Source: Bacteroidota bacterium (GTDB lineage: Bacteria; Bacteroidota; Ignavibacteria; SZUA-365). From it: 64,000 bases of DNA. The translations under genes were made by a program, and so were the position numbers. The stretch is from positions 14,739-78,738 of the forward strand of contig JACZJN010000162.1 in the NCBI GenBank assembly GCA_014860565.1, given 5' to 3'. Every line of letters begins with the position of its first letter. Within the stretch, counting starts at the first letter, position 1. The notes under the pieces were generated by a model. It did no database searches and was not told the DNA's origin. It saw only the letters and a list, made by a program, of their open reading frames with translations. Positions 56,007 to 64,000 of this stretch are shown here, piece after piece.

Positions 56007-57475
56007 TGGCACGGATGACAACGCAGCGCTCGATTTTCCCCAATCACCTCCTTTTTCCGGCTCTCGTAATCTCTTTTGTGCTTCTCGGTGCCATGGACTG
56101 TCAGTATGCGCTTGCACAAACTGCATCAGCATCGATTCCACCTGCCTCTGGGTCTGTGCAGCGTTGGGTTCCGGAAGTGCTGCATGACAGCCTACCGAAC
56201 GGCCTCCAGATATATTTCACAAGAGTCAACGATCTGCCTCTTGCGGAAATCAATGTGATCGTCGATGCTGGCATAATGGTAGAAGAGAACGATGAACATG
56301 GTGTTGCCTACGGCGTGAATCAACTGCTTCTTGCTGGGAGCAGCAATCGTACCGGCGCCATGATCAGCAATTATCTCGCCCAGCTCGGGAGCATTGTCTT
56401 ACCATACACCCACTACGATTATTCCCAGCTCTATGCGAAAACGCTGTCAAAGAATTTCTCTGCTACACTTGGTGTCATTGCCGACGCGGTCTCCACGCCC
56501 AAATTTCCCGAACAGGAGCTTCTGAGGCTCCAGCGGGACGCAGCCCTGCGTTTATTCCGACATAGTTCAAGCGGCGAGAAGGCAACAATCGCGGCGGTTC
56601 AGAGTCTCTGCGGAGAGAGTTCTGCAATGTCCCGTACCCTGCTCCCTACGGAAGAGGAAGTGCAGGCGCTTACGCTTGACCAACTTCATGCATTTCATTC
56701 TGCATGGTATCAGCCGCAACGTACAACCGTGATTATCACGGGGAATCTCGACTACCGTTTTATCCGTACCGCGCTCATCGAAGCATTCGGAAAGTGGGAA
56801 CGCGGCACAGCAACATCGCAGGAGCAGAGTTTTCACGGAACCATGCCTCTCGGCACGAATAAACCTGTGTTATTGCTCGCTGATACTACGACCCCCCGCG
56901 GTTTGGCTTATTTTCGAATGGGATGCCGCATCGGCGCGAGGAATGGCAGGGACTTTGCAGCTCTCATGCTGCTCAACAGTATTCTCGGCGACGGCGCTGA
57001 ATCCATGCTGCGAAAAACGCTGTGGGGAAATCATCTCATATCCCCGAATTTCTCGACGACAGTGGCGTATTCCCGCGACTGCAGTTATTTCATGATTTCG
57101 GGTTCTTCTTCTCCAATGATGACGGACAGCGTCCTTCAATCGGTGGACGATATGCTCGTTGATATCGCGCGTCACGGAGTGGGAGAGGGAGCGCTTAGTG
57201 CGGCGCGCGAAGCGATGCTTGCTCAGGATGCGATTACATTCGCCTCCAACCGCAATCTGCAGAGTCTTCTCAAGGAAGCCGTCGTATATGGCATACCTGT
57301 CCAGGTGCAGTTTGCTGTCAATGAGACGATCAGAAAAGTCTCCGTGGACGATATTCAAAGGGTTGCGCGGGAGATACTTCAGCCGGATAAAATGGAGACC
57401 GTGATTCTCGGCGATGCGGAAAGAATAAAACCACTTATCGATGCAACGGGAAGGACGGCTTTGGTCAGGCACTAG
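56006..57475 (+). CDS. M16 (pitrilysin) family peptidase-like protein, secreted; apparently the non-catalytic type.
   Basis: Signal peptide. It has the M16 fold pattern (LPNGLQIYFTRVNDLPLAEINVIVDAGIMVEENDEHG...), but no HxxEH zinc motif: GVAYGVNQLLLAG replaces the usual GLAHFLEHMLF. Confidence 0.65.
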   Translation: MARMTTQRSIFPNHLLFPALVISFVLLGAMDCQYALAQTASASIPPASGSVQRWVPEVLHDSLPNGLQIYFTRVNDLPLAEINVIVDAGIMVEENDEHGVAYGVNQLLLAGSSNRTGAMISNYLAQLGSIVLPYTHYDYSQLYAKTLSKNFSATLGVIADAVSTPKFPEQELLRLQRDAALRLFRHSSSGEKATIAAVQSLCGESSAMSRTLLPTEEEVQALTLDQLHAFHSAWYQPQRTTVIITGNLDYRFIRTALIEAFGKWERGTATSQEQSFHGTMPLGTNKPVLLLADTTTPRGLAYFRMGCRIGARNGRDFAALMLLNSILGDGAESMLRKTLWGNHLISPNFSTTVAYSRDCSYFMISGSSSPMMTDSVLQSVDDMLVDIARHGVGEGALSAAREAMLAQDAITFASNRNLQSLLKEAVVYGIPVQVQFAVNETIRKVSVDDIQRVAREILQPDKMETVILGDAERIKPLIDATGRTALVRH

Positions 57476-57507
57476 TTGATTGCCCGGAGGATTCCCGGCC
57501 CCCGTCA

Positions 57508-57903
57508 CTATTGCTCTATGAAGACGCGCACTGAGTCACTGACGTCACCGTGATCCTTGACCACGAGTTTCGCACATATCAGATGTTCGCCGCTCTGCCC
57601 GGTGATATTCCAGTCGTAATAGTAAAACGGTTGATAGTGGGAGTAGAGATGAACGCCGTCGATATAGAACTCAACGTGGGCATTGCAGCCACATTGTGAC
57701 GATGTTTCCGTGAGGATGCGCAGCACCGTACCGCTTACGATCTGACTGTCCGCTGGTTGTGTGATTTCGATGCTAATTGGTTCTTCAGGAGTATTGGAAT
57801 CTTCGCAAGCGAACAAAACGAATCCTGCAAGGACAAGAACGACCATCGGGAGTACTGAAAGGCGGAGCGTGTGTGAGACGGTGGAAGAAGGGGGGGCACT
57901 CAT
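57508..57903 (-). CDS. Hypothetical small lipoprotein with a β-sandwich.
   Basis: Lipobox LFACED. 131 aa containing a CGC motif. The gene overlaps the GT9 gene's stop by 4 nt. Confidence 0.45.
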   Translation of the reverse strand: MSAPPSSTVSHTLRLSVLPMVVLVLAGFVLFACEDSNTPEEPISIEITQPADSQIVSGTVLRILTETSSQCGCNAHVEFYIDGVHLYSHYQPFYYYDWNITGQSGEHLICAKLVVKDHGDVSDSVRVFIEQ

Positions 57904-58958
57904 TTGACCGATCCGGATAATTTCAGAAAAGCGTTATATACGGTTTCGACTTCGAGGTCGCGCATGCAGATATTCCCGATTTCACATCGTGTGAGATTAC
58001 AGCCGAGACAGTCGAGGCCATCAAGGCGAACCCAGATACTCTCCTTTTGAAACGGGCCCTGCAAATCAGGATTTGTCGGACCAAAGATGCCAAGCGTGGG
58101 GGTATTGACAGCGGCGGAGATATGCATCGGCCCCGAGTCGTTGCTGATCGTAAAGTCACACTGAGCCAGCAGAGCCCCCAACTCTCCGATGCTTGTCAGC
58201 GGGGCAGGGAGGGCCGCATGTCGCATGCACGCCTGAATCGCTGCAACGTCCTCTTTTTCTTGCGGTCCCCAAAGTAAGAGCACATTTGCATCGAGGCGCT
58301 CGATCAGCATGTCCGCGAGACGGGCAAAATGTTCCAATCCCCAGCGTTTGGTTTCCCATGTCCCGCTTGAATTCATCGCGATAAGTGGGCCTTTCCGTGT
58401 ACGGAACTCCCTCGTGAGATTCACAAAACGCCGAACGCGGTCGTCTGGAAGCGGAAAGCACAGGCGTCGTTCAACAATAGGAATTTCCAGATGGGCAAGT
58501 GCATCGAGATTGAACTCTGTATTGTGGACGCGGTCGGCGCGTGTCTCTACGTGAATATTGTAGGCCCAGGCACGACCGCGAAAAGGATATCCGACGCGGA
58601 GCGGCGCGCCGGAGGCATATGTCATCTGAGCGGAGCGGGGGTTGCAAAATAAATCGAAGACAAGGTCGAAGCGAGAGCGGCGGAGCCGCAGGAGCAGTTT
58701 AAGGTAATTGTCAGAAGCGGCATCGAAGACGATGGCTTCATCTACGAATGAATTATCCCGTATGATATCGGCAGCGGGTTTCTCGGTCAGAAACGCAAGA
58801 GAAGCCTCAGGGAAGGCGGATCGAAGGTTTGGGAGGACAACAGTACTTAAAAGCACATCCCCGATCGCACGGGGTTTGATGACCAGAATTGAGCGAACGG
58901 GACGCACAAGAAGTGCCGGGTAGAGATACTGTTCCGGTGCCGACATTGTGCGTCCCAT
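57900..58958 (-). CDS. Glycosyltransferase family 9 (LPS heptosyltransferase-like).
   Basis: ILVIKPRAIGDVLLSTVVLPNLR is the GT9 N-terminal motif. ISNDSGPMHISAAVNTPTLGIFGPT is the GT9 C-terminal motif. Confidence 0.8.
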   Translation of the reverse strand: MGRTMSAPEQYLYPALLVRPVRSILVIKPRAIGDVLLSTVVLPNLRSAFPEASLAFLTEKPAADIIRDNSFVDEAIVFDAASDNYLKLLLRLRRSRFDLVFDLFCNPRSAQMTYASGAPLRVGYPFRGRAWAYNIHVETRADRVHNTEFNLDALAHLEIPIVERRLCFPLPDDRVRRFVNLTREFRTRKGPLIAMNSSGTWETKRWGLEHFARLADMLIERLDANVLLLWGPQEKEDVAAIQACMRHAALPAPLTSIGELGALLAQCDFTISNDSGPMHISAAVNTPTLGIFGPTNPDLQGPFQKESIWVRLDGLDCLGCNLTRCEIGNICMRDLEVETVYNAFLKLSGSVK

Positions 58959-58971
58959 ATTGCCGATGTGA

Positions 58972-60228
58972 TTATTCTACAGGATCGAGGACGTGGTTTT
59001 TCTTCATGTTACGCATCGACGGTGGCACCTGACCGTTGACTATCGCCATGGTATCGAGGGCGATAACGAGTTCTTCGTTTGTCGGAACGATACCGACGAC
59101 CGTTGGTGACCCTTCTGAAGTGATGAGCCGCTCCTTCGGACCGCTGTTGTTAAGCGCGGCATCAAAATTGACACCCATGAAGGCGAGCTGTCCGCATACC
59201 GCCTCACGCACTTTCGTGCTGTTTTCGCCGATACCACCGGTAAAGACGATCGCGTCGACGCCGCCCATTGCGGCGGTGTAGCCTCCGATATACTTGGTGA
59301 CCCTGTAGCAGAACATGTTGAAAGCTATCTTTGAGCGATCATGACCCTTATCCGCCTCCTCCTCGATCTCACGCATATCGCTGCTGACTCCGGAAATGCC
59401 CATCAGTCCACTATGCTTGTTGAGAAGTGTCGTCGCTTCAGCGAGAGAGAGACCCTCCTTGCCCATAATGTAGAGAATCAACTGAGGATCGAGATCCCCG
59501 CTGCGGGTTCCCATGAGTAAGCCTTCAAGGGGTGTGAAGCCCATACTGGTGTCGATGGACTGTCCGTACTTCACCGCTGCCATACTGCATCCGTTGCCGA
59601 GATGGCAGGTGATGATCCGCAGATCCTGAATCGATTTTCCGAGAATCTCGGCCATTCGATTCGAGACGAAAAAATGGGATGTCCCATGAAAACCGTATCG
59701 ACGTATCTTGTATTTCTTGTAGAACACGTAAGGGATGCCGTAGAGGAACGCGCCCGGTTCCATGGACTGATGGAAGGCCGTATCGAACACGCCCACCTGA
59801 GGTACCTCCGGAAGATGCTGTCGACAAGCAACGATACCGCGAATATTATGCGGATTATGAAGCGGAGCTAACTCGATATTGTCGCGCAGTGACTGCAGGA
59901 CCGCATCTGTAATCAAAACGGACCCTGCAAAATCTTCCGCTCCGTGGACGACGCGGTGCCCGACGGCGTGGATTTCCGACTTATCCTTAATGACACCATG
60001 GTTTTTGCTGAGGAGCACGGCGAGTACGTATTCGATGGCCATACCGTGATCCAGAATTTCACCTGTCAGTTTGATCGTATCGTCATCATGGCGTGTGTTT
60101 GTAAGGACAGCACCGCTCATCCCGATGCGTTCGACCAGGCCTTTCGCCAATCTTGTATTCGTTTCCGCTTCAATGAACTGATATTTAATGGAGGAACTGC
60201 CGCAATTAACGACCAGAATATTCATCAT
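58972..60228 (-). CDS. ackA: Acetate kinase.
   Basis: An RBS AGGAGC precedes the ATG. ILVVNCGSSSIKYQ, VGHRVVHGA, and RYGFHGTSH are all present. Confidence 0.95.
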   Translation of the reverse strand: MMNILVVNCGSSSIKYQFIEAETNTRLAKGLVERIGMSGAVLTNTRHDDDTIKLTGEILDHGMAIEYVLAVLLSKNHGVIKDKSEIHAVGHRVVHGAEDFAGSVLITDAVLQSLRDNIELAPLHNPHNIRGIVACRQHLPEVPQVGVFDTAFHQSMEPGAFLYGIPYVFYKKYKIRRYGFHGTSHFFVSNRMAEILGKSIQDLRIITCHLGNGCSMAAVKYGQSIDTSMGFTPLEGLLMGTRSGDLDPQLILYIMGKEGLSLAEATTLLNKHSGLMGISGVSSDMREIEEEADKGHDRSKIAFNMFCYRVTKYIGGYTAAMGGVDAIVFTGGIGENSTKVREAVCGQLAFMGVNFDAALNNSGPKERLITSEGSPTVVGIVPTNEELVIALDTMAIVNGQVPPSMRNMKKNHVLDPVE

Positions 60229-60246
60229 GATAAGGTGCTCCTGTTC

Positions 60247-61191
60247 TTAGTTCTCTGTGATTCGTTTCCCGGACTCATCATAGCGGAAGAAACCCTCTCC
60301 GCTCTTCTTCCCGTACTTCTGCTCGCGGACTTTTCGGCGCAGCAGGGGACAGGGACGGTATTTCGAATCACCGAGTTCCCGGAACATGGATTCCATCCAG
60401 GCGAGCAGCTCTTCGAGACCCATGGAATCCGCGAGTTCAAGTGGTCCCATCGGCATATTGTAGGCGAGACGCATTGCGGTGTCGATATCGTCGGTCGATG
60501 CAACCCCTTCCATCAGCACATTCATTGCTTCGTTGAGCATCGGGATGATCACACGCGTCGTGATAAAACCCGGATACTCATAGACCTCCACCGTGGTTTT
60601 TCCAATACTCTGAATAAACTCACGCGTACGTTTGAACGTTGCATCGCTGGTATGGAACGCGCGGACGATTTCGCAAAGCGGTGTTTTAGGCACCGGGTTG
60701 GCGAAGTGAAGCCCGATGATGCGATCGGGGGTCTGCACCGGCTTCGCGATTTTTGTGAGGCTGAGCGTCGATGTGTTCGATGCGATAATGGTGGTCTTGG
60801 GGCAGAGACGATCGAGTTTGACGAGCAGATCCTGTTTTAGTTCAAACTGCTCGTCGACGACTTCCATGACGAAATCCGTGCCGGCGATTTCATTGATGTC
60901 TGTTATGACTTTGATGCGGCTGAGAAGGGCACGTTTTTCACCCTCGGTCATCGCCCAGCGTTGAATCTCTCGGTCCATATTTTCCGCGAGACCCGCGAGG
61001 CATTCTTGTGCCCGATCTTCGTTTTTCTCCACGAGAAGGACGTTGAGGCCATTGGATGAGAGTGTTTGCGCAAGTCCGCGCCCCATGACTCCACCACCAA
61101 CCAGACCGACGAATTCGATGCGGAAGTCTGATTGTGGGGCCATGGGCATTTCGTCTTCGAGTTCCTTGAGAGAGATAGGTTGATCTTGCAT
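60247..61191 (-). CDS. hbd: 3-hydroxybutyryl-CoA / 3-hydroxyacyl-CoA dehydrogenase.
   Basis: A GGAG RBS precedes ATG 61191. The NAD-binding motif VGLVGGGVMGRGLA is present, with a C-terminal 3HCDH domain. An upstream TTG at 61215 is an alternative start. Confidence 0.85.
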   Translation of the reverse strand: MQDQPISLKELEDEMPMAPQSDFRIEFVGLVGGGVMGRGLAQTLSSNGLNVLLVEKNEDRAQECLAGLAENMDREIQRWAMTEGEKRALLSRIKVITDINEIAGTDFVMEVVDEQFELKQDLLVKLDRLCPKTTIIASNTSTLSLTKIAKPVQTPDRIIGLHFANPVPKTPLCEIVRAFHTSDATFKRTREFIQSIGKTTVEVYEYPGFITTRVIIPMLNEAMNVLMEGVASTDDIDTAMRLAYNMPMGPLELADSMGLEELLAWMESMFRELGDSKYRPCPLLRRKVREQKYGKKSGEGFFRYDESGKRITEN

Positions 61192-61449
61192 GATAATTGC
61201 TCCAGTGATCGCCAAATATCTGGCGATTCTGATGTCCTAAATGTGCTATGAAAGGTTGTCTGTCATCGTTTCCGGCACAGGATCCGCCGCAGCGGCGTAT
61301 GTCTTCAGGCAGCGAGAGGGTGGATATCCTGTATGAGAAAATCCCCTGATTGCCATATCATTACAAAATTACCACAGGAAAACAGGATACACAAGCCCGT
61401 AATGTATGCACATGACGCCTTTGCTTCCACATGTGCCTGATTCCCCACG

Positions 61450-62685
61450 TTATTCGAACATTTCACGAGTCATCCAGGCATGGAGAACGATGCCGATAGC
61501 GAGCATGCTCGTAAGGAAAAACGATCCTCCATAGCTCATGAACGGCAGTGGGATGCCAATTACAGGCAGCAGTCCCAGAGTCATCCCAATGTTGATGAAA
61601 ACATGGAACAGGAAAAGTGAGGTGATGCCGATGACCACGAGGCTGGAGAAGCGAAATTCCAGGATTCTGGCGATCCGCAGACTTCGGAAAAGCAGGAGAG
61701 TGAACATAAGAAGAATGCTCATGCCTCCAATAAACCCGAATTCCTCGGCGGGAACACAGAAGATGAAGTCTGTCCATTGTTCAGGCACGAAGCGCAGTTG
61801 TGTCTGCGATCCCTGCAGATAGCCGCGGCCGGTCATACCGCCAGACCCGATGGCGACTTTCGACTGAATTACGTTCCATCCCGCACTGAGAGGGGCTTCG
61901 GTTGGGTCGATAAAAACCGCGATCCGATTTTTTTGATATTCAGGGAGATGGGAGAAAGTGTACTGCACCCCGAATCCGATGGAAAGATTCAGCGCCAGAA
62001 ACATCAGAGCGATACCGAGATTTCGCTTCATGACATAAAAGAGGGTAGACACGACAAATGCAGCAATCAGGAAATACCAGATACCGATGACGGATAGTAC
62101 GGAGATAATTACAGGGGAGAGCAATGTGAGAAGAAGTACCATCTCCGCGCCCGCCCAGAATATCATGGCGAGAAAAATCACCCAGAAAATGAGTCCCGTC
62201 CCGAAGTCCGGCTGAAGGAAAATGAGAACCCATGGCAAACCGACAATTCCGATTGCTTTCGTGAGGTCACGGAATGAGTGCATGCTGGTGGTGCTGTCGG
62301 AGAGGAAACGCCCGAGGGCCAACACGGTTGTGACCTTGGCAAATTCTGATGGCTGAATGCCGTACCCTCCGATTCCGAACCATCCCGCGTTACCACCGAT
62401 GGTTTTCCCGAAGACCAGCACGAGCAGCAGAAGAACGATGGCGACGCCGTAGGAAAGGTATGCGATGTAATGGTAGAAGCGGGGCGGGGCGAAGAGCACG
62501 AGCACCATGAGCAGTACCCCGAGAATTGCCCAGAAAACCTGCTTCTGAAACTTGATAAAAATATCCGCGTTGTGTGTGGCGCTGAAAATGGAGAGCAGCC
62601 CCGCTACAACAAGCACGACGACAGGAAGAAGGATCAGGAGATCCACTTTCCTCAGACTGAACGTCGGCAAAATGCGCGCCATCAA
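61450..62685 (-). CDS. rodA: SEDS-family peptidoglycan glycosyltransferase RodA.
   Basis: Ten TM helices. SEDS motifs FQPSEFAK and GGSF are present. It lies immediately downstream of mrdA with a 4-nt overlap. Confidence 0.85.
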   Translation of the reverse strand: MMARILPTFSLRKVDLLILLPVVVLVVAGLLSIFSATHNADIFIKFQKQVFWAILGVLLMVLVLFAPPRFYHYIAYLSYGVAIVLLLLVLVFGKTIGGNAGWFGIGGYGIQPSEFAKVTTVLALGRFLSDSTTSMHSFRDLTKAIGIVGLPWVLIFLQPDFGTGLIFWVIFLAMIFWAGAEMVLLLTLLSPVIISVLSVIGIWYFLIAAFVVSTLFYVMKRNLGIALMFLALNLSIGFGVQYTFSHLPEYQKNRIAVFIDPTEAPLSAGWNVIQSKVAIGSGGMTGRGYLQGSQTQLRFVPEQWTDFIFCVPAEEFGFIGGMSILLMFTLLLFRSLRIARILEFRFSSLVVIGITSLFLFHVFINIGMTLGLLPVIGIPLPFMSYGGSFFLTSMLAIGIVLHAWMTREMFE

Positions 62686-64000
62686 TCCTCCACGGCTGCG
62701 TCACGCAGCGGAACAACAGGAATGACGGGGTCGGGGACTTCGGTCGGTTCATGCTCTCCCTGAGGTGCATACTCTCCGAACAAGTACCTGCGGATCATAG
62801 CACCGGCGATAGGAGCGGCAACGGTGCCGCCGAAACCGCTGTTTTCCACTATTACCGCGATAGCGATTCTTGGATCTTCGAAGGGAGCATAACCAACGAA
62901 CCATGCATGATCAGGATTGGGAGGATTCTGGGCTGTCCCGGTCTTCCCGGCGACTTTTGTTCCTGATACGCGTGCGGCATAACCCGTTCCTGAACCGTTC
63001 ACTACGCGAAACATGCCGCGTTGGATCACAGCGAGTGCTTCCCTGGATATCGGGAGACGCTCAGGCTTGTTGTCCACCATGGTGGTTTTGTTTGAGACGC
63101 GATCCTTGATCTCCTTCACGGCATGTGGCCGATAGTAGGTTCCGCCATTTGCGAGTGTGGCGGTGTATGCAGCCATTTGCAGCGGAGTCGTATTTATTTC
63201 TCCCTGGCCGATGCCGAGGTTGACGAGATACCCGATATTCCATTTCGAACCGTAGCGCTTATCGTAGTATTCCCTCGAGGGCAACAATCCGGTATTCTCG
63301 TTGCTGATATCCATCCCCGTGAGACGACCGATATGAAACAGGTGTCCGTATTTTTGAAGATTGTCGAAGCCCAGCTTGAAAATAAGTTTGTAGAAGAACA
63401 CGTTGCACGAATGTTCGATTGCACTGACGACATTGATGTCGCCATGTGCACCATGACATCCAAATTCCTGCCCTGCGAGGAGATATGACCCCGGACAGTT
63501 GATGCGTGTATTGATATCGATGATGCCTTCCTGAAGTGCCGCGACAGCGACAAGCATTTTGAATGTTGATCCCGGAGGATAGGCAGCCATCGAACAGCGA
63601 TTGAACATAGGCGACGCCGGATCATCGCGCAGAGCGCTCCACACATCCACCGGAATGCGTCCGCTGAAATCACTCAAGTTGTAATCTGGCGAGCTGACGA
63701 ACGCCAGCACCTCACCGTTGGTAGGATCAAGGGCAACGATAGCGCCTCGCCTGCCATGCAAGATTTTTTCACCATATAACTGGAGGTCCATGTCGATAGT
63801 CAGGACAAGATCGCTGCCCTCCTCGGCAACAATGTCAGCGCGCCCGTGATCAAAACTCTCAATGACCTTCCCTCTCGAGTCCACGGAATGATACCCATAT
63901 CCCTTTGTTCCCCGGAGGATATCCTCGTAGTATGCCTCGATACCGTTGAAGCCTACGATGTCTCCGGGCTGATAGTAGGCGCCGAGACTTTTCAGGAGAC
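62682..64000 (-). CDS. mrdA: Penicillin-binding protein 2 (class B transpeptidase). The N-terminus lies beyond the window edge.
   Basis: The ORF is open to position 64000. The M at 63884 in the track is an internal GTG (Val). The upstream in-frame translation ...GIEAYYEDILRG... matches the PBP dimerisation domain. The catalytic Ser-x-x-Lys motif GSTFKM is present, as are SCN and KTGTA motifs. Confidence 0.85.
   Translation of the reverse strand, partial: LLKSLGAYYQPGDIVGFNGIEAYYEDILRGTKGYGYHSVDSRGKVIESFDHGRADIVAEEGSDLVLTIDMDLQLYGEKILHGRRGAIVALDPTNGEVLAFVSSPDYNLSDFSGRIPVDVWSALRDDPASPMFNRCSMAAYPPGSTFKMLVAVAALQEGIIDINTRINCPGSYLLAGQEFGCHGAHGDINVVSAIEHSCNVFFYKLIFKLGFDNLQKYGHLFHIGRLTGMDISNENTGLLPSREYYDKRYGSKWNIGYLVNLGIGQGEINTTPLQMAAYTATLANGGTYYRPHAVKEIKDRVSNKTTMVDNKPERLPISREALAVIQRGMFRVVNGSGTGYAARVSGTKVAGKTGTAQNPPNPDHAWFVGYAPFEDPRIAIAVIVENSGFGGTVAAPIAGAMIRRYLFGEYAPQGEHEPTEVPDPVIPVVPLRDAAVED

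Noticed and set aside
59944-60840. 298-aa plus-strand ORF.
   Set aside because: It is antisense, spanning ackA and hbd.
62682-63884. Track start (M) for the PBP2 ORF at 63884.
   Set aside because: That codon is GTG (Val) internal to mrdA. The reading frame stays open to position 64000 with PBP-dimerisation-domain sequence, so the gene is annotated as 5'-partial instead.

Overview
This is a gene-dense, fairly high-GC bacterial chromosomal window with no CRISPR array, transposase or integrase. From the gene content (an aerotolerance Bat-type operon, SPOR lipoproteins, ECF sigma/anti-sigma pairs, many lipoproteins and outer-membrane β-barrels) and from methionine γ-lyase, acetate kinase, 3-hydroxybutyryl-CoA dehydrogenase and radical-SAM genes, I infer an anaerobic or microaerophilic member of the FCB group (Bacteroidota/Rhodothermota/Ignavibacteriota-like). 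All calls were made by reading the sequence and the six-frame translations. No database search was run, so family names are motif-based. Conserved housekeeping genes recognised with high confidence are cdd, tRNA-Ala(GGC), tsaD, mltG, rpsU, efp, accB, accC, gcvH, guaA, radC, rarA, holA, a cyclophilin PPIase, uppP, metG, hisS, ackA, hbd, rodA and a partial mrdA. The central feature is a complete eight-gene Bat-type operon (moxR, DUF58, DUF4381-like, batA, batB, batC, batD, batE; 4977-13420). It is followed on the same strand by two tandem paralogous β-barrel outer-membrane proteins that share a Cys-Asp-Cys motif, then deoC and two SPOR lipoproteins, before a strong terminator at 16915. Candidate undescribed systems are listed below.
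- The extended Bat / twin-barrel / SPOR module (13475-16913).
- A translationally coupled operon of two lipoproteins, a FemAB-like acyltransferase and a 700-residue β-barrel (25644-30673).
- A viperin-like / SPASM-like radical-SAM enzyme divergent from an AlbA_2/HTH regulator, next to a perfect 33-bp tandem repeat (2908-4778).
- An EF-hand lipoprotein–ECF σ–anti-σ–Spy-like module (46216-48307).
Many long antisense 'shadow' ORFs typical of high-GC DNA were rejected.
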